IMG/VR virus record: IMGVR_UViG_3300025102_000100
Location: 1-37,234 of that record
DNA: 37,234 bases
Source of the DNA: a virus
Taxonomy: Duplodnaviria; Caudoviricetes
Direction: 5' to 3' (one strand)
Made by a program: the position numbers and the translations under genes. The notes under the pieces were generated by a model. The model did no database searches. It was not told the origin of the DNA and saw nothing but the letters and a program-made list of their open reading frames with translations. This document shows positions 33,955 to 37,234 of the stretch, piece by piece; within the stretch, counting starts at the first letter, position 1; each line of letters starts with the position of its first letter.

Positions 33955-34814
33955 TAGCTGTTCGCAATATAATTAACTGTTACTGTGTAATACCCAGTAG
34001 AATTGAACTCGCTACCACTAAACATATGGTCAGCACCACGAGAAGAGTAGTTATCACCACTTTCATCATTTCTAAAATAAATACTACTTGAATTATAAAA
34101 AACAATGGCAATCATTCCATAATGAGCGCCATAAGGATGATGACCAGAACAAACACCCCCACCTACAATATACCCAGAGTTATATGACGTAAAAGGGAGA
34201 CCACTTATATAAGCAAGATTATCTGTAGAAGTATTGCCTGTTCTTCTAAAATCAACTGATGCCTGAACAGACCTACCAACTTTAACATATCGTGCATTAA
34301 CACTATCTGCGCTAAAATTATTAAAGCCAGGCGACCAACTGCCAACTGCATTTGTAACTGCACTAACGTGCTGTGTTACTGCACCACTTGGCACTCTTGC
34401 GTTGGGTATAGAGCCAGAGGTTAAGTTGGACGCATTTAGATTTGACAAGTCAACGTGCTGAGTAATATTACTTGCAGCAAATAGTGCATCGGCAAAAGTT
34501 CCAGATGTAATCTTTGACGTTGCTAAAGCTGGAATGTCACTTGCTCCTAATGATAATCGAGCAGAAGGTACAGTACCAGAAGTTAAGTTACTTGCTGACA
34601 ATGCAGTCAAGTCAACGTGTTGTGTCACAGAGCTAGAAGAAAGTCTTGCATCGGCAAACGTACCAGAAGTTATTTTAGATGTTGCTAAGTCAGGCACTCT
34701 ATCTGCACCTAAAGTTCCACTTGTTATCTTAGATGCTGGCAATGCTGGAATAACATCCGCATTCAGCGTACCAGACCCACTAATTACATTTGCTAAATCT
34801 CTTGCCTTAGTCAT
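33954..34814 (-). CDS. Secondary tail fibre / receptor-binding protein (286 aa)
   Basis: MTKARDLAN adaptor-like start; ASKITSGT repeats; C-terminal W.P...ARYVKVG...ISGLPFTS beta-sandwich. Confidence 0.75.
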   Translation of the reverse strand: MTKARDLANVISGSGTLNADVIPALPASKITSGTLGADRVPDLATSKITSGTFADARLSSSSVTQHVDLTALSASNLTSGTVPSARLSLGASDIPALATSKITSGTFADALFAASNITQHVDLSNLNASNLTSGSIPNARVPSGAVTQHVSAVTNAVGSWSPGFNNFSADSVNARYVKVGRSVQASVDFRRTGNTSTDNLAYISGLPFTSYNSGYIVGGGVCSGHHPYGAHYGMIAIVFYNSSSIYFRNDESGDNYSSRGADHMFSGSEFNSTGYYTVTVNYIANS

Positions 34815-35168
34815 CTACTCACCTTTTTCATTTGCTAGATACTTTGCTTTTAAGTCTGTAGTAAAATAATCAGTTAGTTCTTTCTTAAGGTCTGCATCAA
34901 CCTCGCCAAAAGTAGCTTGTAATTCTGTGTCCCAGTTCCAATCTTCTTGCACCCAACCACGACCAACAGACTTTACGTCACCAAACTTTTTTCCATCTGG
35001 TAAAGTATCGGCTGGCGTTATAGTCTTACCATCAACAATTACTGCGTCCATGTATAATTCATCGGCTTCATGAAAAACGTTTGAACACATAAAACCACGC
35101 GCATGATTGTCAGATACACGCATTACATCTATTGAATATTCATTTTTTGTTGTTGTATATTTACTCAT
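34815..35168 (-). CDS. Hypothetical protein, possible fibre assembly chaperone (117 aa)
   Basis: Acidic ORF between two RBP genes; GGAG RBS. Confidence 0.55.
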   Translation of the reverse strand: MSKYTTTKNEYSIDVMRVSDNHARGFMCSNVFHEADELYMDAVIVDGKTITPADTLPDGKKFGDVKSVGRGWVQEDWNWDTELQATFGEVDADLKKELTDYFTTDLKAKYLANEKGE

Positions 35169-35180
35169 TTTTTTCTCCTA

Positions 35181-35831
35181 TTAACTTGCCGATACATAAC
35201 TAAAAGACCAATAATTCCAACCACTATAAGCTGCCAAATCCGCAGCTTTATTATTGGGCAATGCTGGACTACTTGTGGTATTGTAATTTGCTGTACGTTG
35301 AGCTGTATACCCAGCCCTCATAATACGAATTGTTGTACTATTATCTCTCATAAATATATAACCCTGATGGACTGTTCCTCCATCTACTCCTGAGTGATTA
35401 CCAAGACCAACTAACCAGTTTCCGCCAGAACCAGCATTGATAGAAATAGATGTAAATGGAGCACCAGTTATATACCAAACATCTGAACCTGATGGCGCAC
35501 TGTCCCATTTCCACTCCCATTGCAAGTGAACTAATTGACCTATTTTTTGATACTGTCCAGATATGCTAGAAATACTACCAGCACTTATACCTGGTGTCCA
35601 AGAACCAGTTGAGACAGCAGACGCTGGAACACTGGTTAGATTAGCAGCGGAAAATGTAGGTGTGCCGTATCGAGCATTAGGTATAGTTCCAGACGTTAAG
35701 TTAGATGCACTAAGAGCAGTTAAGTCAACGTGTTGCGTAACTGACCCACTCGATAGCCTAGCATTATCAAATGTTCCAGCCGTAATAGCTGTAGCTGGAA
35801 ACGCATATCTATTAGCTTCGTATGTACTCAT
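35181..35831 (-). CDS. Secondary tail fibre / receptor-binding protein (216 aa)
   Basis: ASNLTSGT repeats; WTP...GQYQKIGQLV...ITGAPFTS head domain paralogous to 33954-34814. Confidence 0.75.
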   Translation of the reverse strand: MSTYEANRYAFPATAITAGTFDNARLSSGSVTQHVDLTALSASNLTSGTIPNARYGTPTFSAANLTSVPASAVSTGSWTPGISAGSISSISGQYQKIGQLVHLQWEWKWDSAPSGSDVWYITGAPFTSISINAGSGGNWLVGLGNHSGVDGGTVHQGYIFMRDNSTTIRIMRAGYTAQRTANYNTTSSPALPNNKAADLAAYSGWNYWSFSYVSAS

Positions 35832-37234
35832 TTATTTCTCCATCAATAGCCAACCCTGAGTATCCCCAGAGAATACCAGAGCAAATCCAGCTCGTTCGGT
35901 AGCGACAGTCATATCCGACGCATCGCCTTGTATCTTCTTTCCGTTACGAGCCACAGTTAAATTGTTTGTATCAAATGTTGCACTCAAGTCTATAAATCGC
36001 ACAGTATCACCAGCAGTAGGGCTGGCTGGTAATGTCGCTGTAACCGCACCGCCTGACGTATCTACAAAATATCCTCGACTTGATGCCACATTAAATGCTG
36101 ATGTCTTTGTTTCCCAAGTGAGAGAAACAGTTACAGAGCTTCCCAAAGCAACAGCAGAACCATTAATTGTAATAGAGGAATTAGCCAGAGCAGAGTTTGG
36201 AACAGATGATAGTCTTGCGTTTGGAAGTGTGCCAGTAGAGAGATTAGAAGCATTGGTTGTATCGACAACAGCAAAAGTATTATCCCCTCGTAAGAATGTG
36301 GTGTTATCTCTTGTGCCAGAAGAACCAAGCCTTGCTACTGGTACTGTGCCAGAGTTAATGTTTGATGCACTTATAGCCGCCACATTAAATGTACCGAAAC
36401 CAACAATGTCTACCACATCACCATTTGCAAGAGCAGAAGCAAAAGTAACTGTATCTCCACTAGTTACTGTAACGTCTGTACCATTAACTTGTTTCACACC
36501 ATTAAGATATATATCAACAAAACCAGCGTCATAAGCAAGAGTATTACCATTAGCGTCACTCCCAGTAACAGCAGTTGGCGTACCAGATATATTATAAGTA
36601 AATCGAGCAGACGTTCCGTTCACTGTAGAACCAGCCGCCGCCCAGCCAGATGACTTATAAACTTTTAGCTCATTAGCCGTCGTATCAAAATACAAATCCC
36701 CAACATCTAATGATGCTGTCGGTGCAGAAGATGCAATCCTATATCGTTCACCAAAACTATTTACACCAGATAGATTTGACGCAACAGTGTTTACGTTAGA
36801 AATATCAGTACCAACAGAATTTATGTTTGATATAACACCTGACGCATTGAGTGCTGCCATGTGGCCTACGACAGTAGATGTTCCCAAGTTAGCCATTGCT
36901 GTGACATTTGCTGACGTTCCGAGAAATCCCATATCCTCAATGACTGCGGCTGTACCAAGTAATCCCATATCAGTAATGACAGCACTTGTTCCCAACAATG
37001 CCATAGCAGATATATTGCTCGATGTAGCCAACAATCCCATGTCCGTAATGACTGCGCTTGCAGCTAGTGCATTGATATTTGTTAAGGCAGCAGCCGTTGA
37101 ATTGACGTTTGCTATAGATCCAGCAACGAGCGACACGTTACTATCTTTAACAGTAATTGTGTTACCCATAGCATTTCCGTGAACGTAGCAGTAATATCGC
37201 AACCCGGTGCTAGGCGCAGTTGATGCCACCTCAA
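35832..37234 (-). CDS. Tail fibre protein, 3' part (continuation of 1880->1; carries the alternative shaft allele)
   Basis: GDLYFDT, YLNGVKQV and YFVDTSGGAVTATLPASP..GD...NNLTVARNG..I.G fibre domains; overlaps the left-end gene through repeats X and Y. Confidence 0.9.
   Translation of the reverse strand, partial: EVASTAPSTGLRYYCYVHGNAMGNTITVKDSNVSLVAGSIANVNSTAAALTNINALAASAVITDMGLLATSSNISAMALLGTSAVITDMGLLGTAAVIEDMGFLGTSANVTAMANLGTSTVVGHMAALNASGVISNINSVGTDISNVNTVASNLSGVNSFGERYRIASSAPTASLDVGDLYFDTTANELKVYKSSGWAAAGSTVNGTSARFTYNISGTPTAVTGSDANGNTLAYDAGFVDIYLNGVKQVNGTDVTVTSGDTVTFASALANGDVVDIVGFGTFNVAAISASNINSGTVPVARLGSSGTRDNTTFLRGDNTFAVVDTTNASNLSTGTLPNARLSSVPNSALANSSITINGSAVALGSSVTVSLTWETKTSAFNVASSRGYFVDTSGGAVTATLPASPTAGDTVRFIDLSATFDTNNLTVARNGKKIQGDASDMTVATERAGFALVFSGDTQGWLLMEK

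Larger units (their letters stand above)
1..37234. mobile_element. Near-complete temperate podovirus-like phage genome (circular assembly, opened within the tail fibre gene)
   Basis: Full set of packaging, head, short-tail, lysis, integration and immunity genes. The ends overlap: 1-125 = 36655-36779 and 322-448 = 37108-37234. Confidence 0.95.

Noticed and set aside
33954-37234. Diversity-generating retroelement acting on the fibre genes (BPP-1-like head module prompted the check)
   Set aside because: No reverse transcriptase ORF and no TR/VR pair differing only at adenines was seen; the repeats differ at synonymous positions of all types.

Overview
This window is essentially one complete, circularly assembled genome (~36.7 kb unique) of a temperate short-tailed (podovirus-type) dsDNA phage. 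Gene content and style suggest a marine proteobacterial host, which is inference only. The minus strand carries a long late operon: small basic proteins, terS, terL, T7-gp8-like portal, scaffold, major capsid, decoration protein, tail tubular A/B, internal (ejected) virion proteins, three tail fibres/RBPs, and holin/M15 endolysin. The centre holds a cI/cro-type switch, a rightward recombination operon (nuclease, ERF, SSB-like, Xis-like, DUF3310) and a leftward early operon containing a tyrosine integrase. A tRNA-3'-end attP core sits in a repeat-rich intergenic region. No DNA polymerase, primase, helicase or obvious replication initiator is visible. The most unusual locus is a C5-cytosine methyltransferase apparently split into three overlapping polypeptides in two reading frames: motifs I-VIII; a WPTP-repeat array with a motif IX-like segment and an N-terminal QLDLF clamp-binding-like motif; and motif X. 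It lies next to a GTAC-rich palindromic region. Other notable signals are a type-1 copper (cupredoxin-like) site in the tail fibre, two alternative tail-fibre shaft alleles at the contig ends, a motif set shared by attP and the terS-terL spacer, a repeated-internal-loop RNA leader before the capsid gene, and a four-copy 17-bp operator. All calls come from reading the sequence by eye; no database searches were run.
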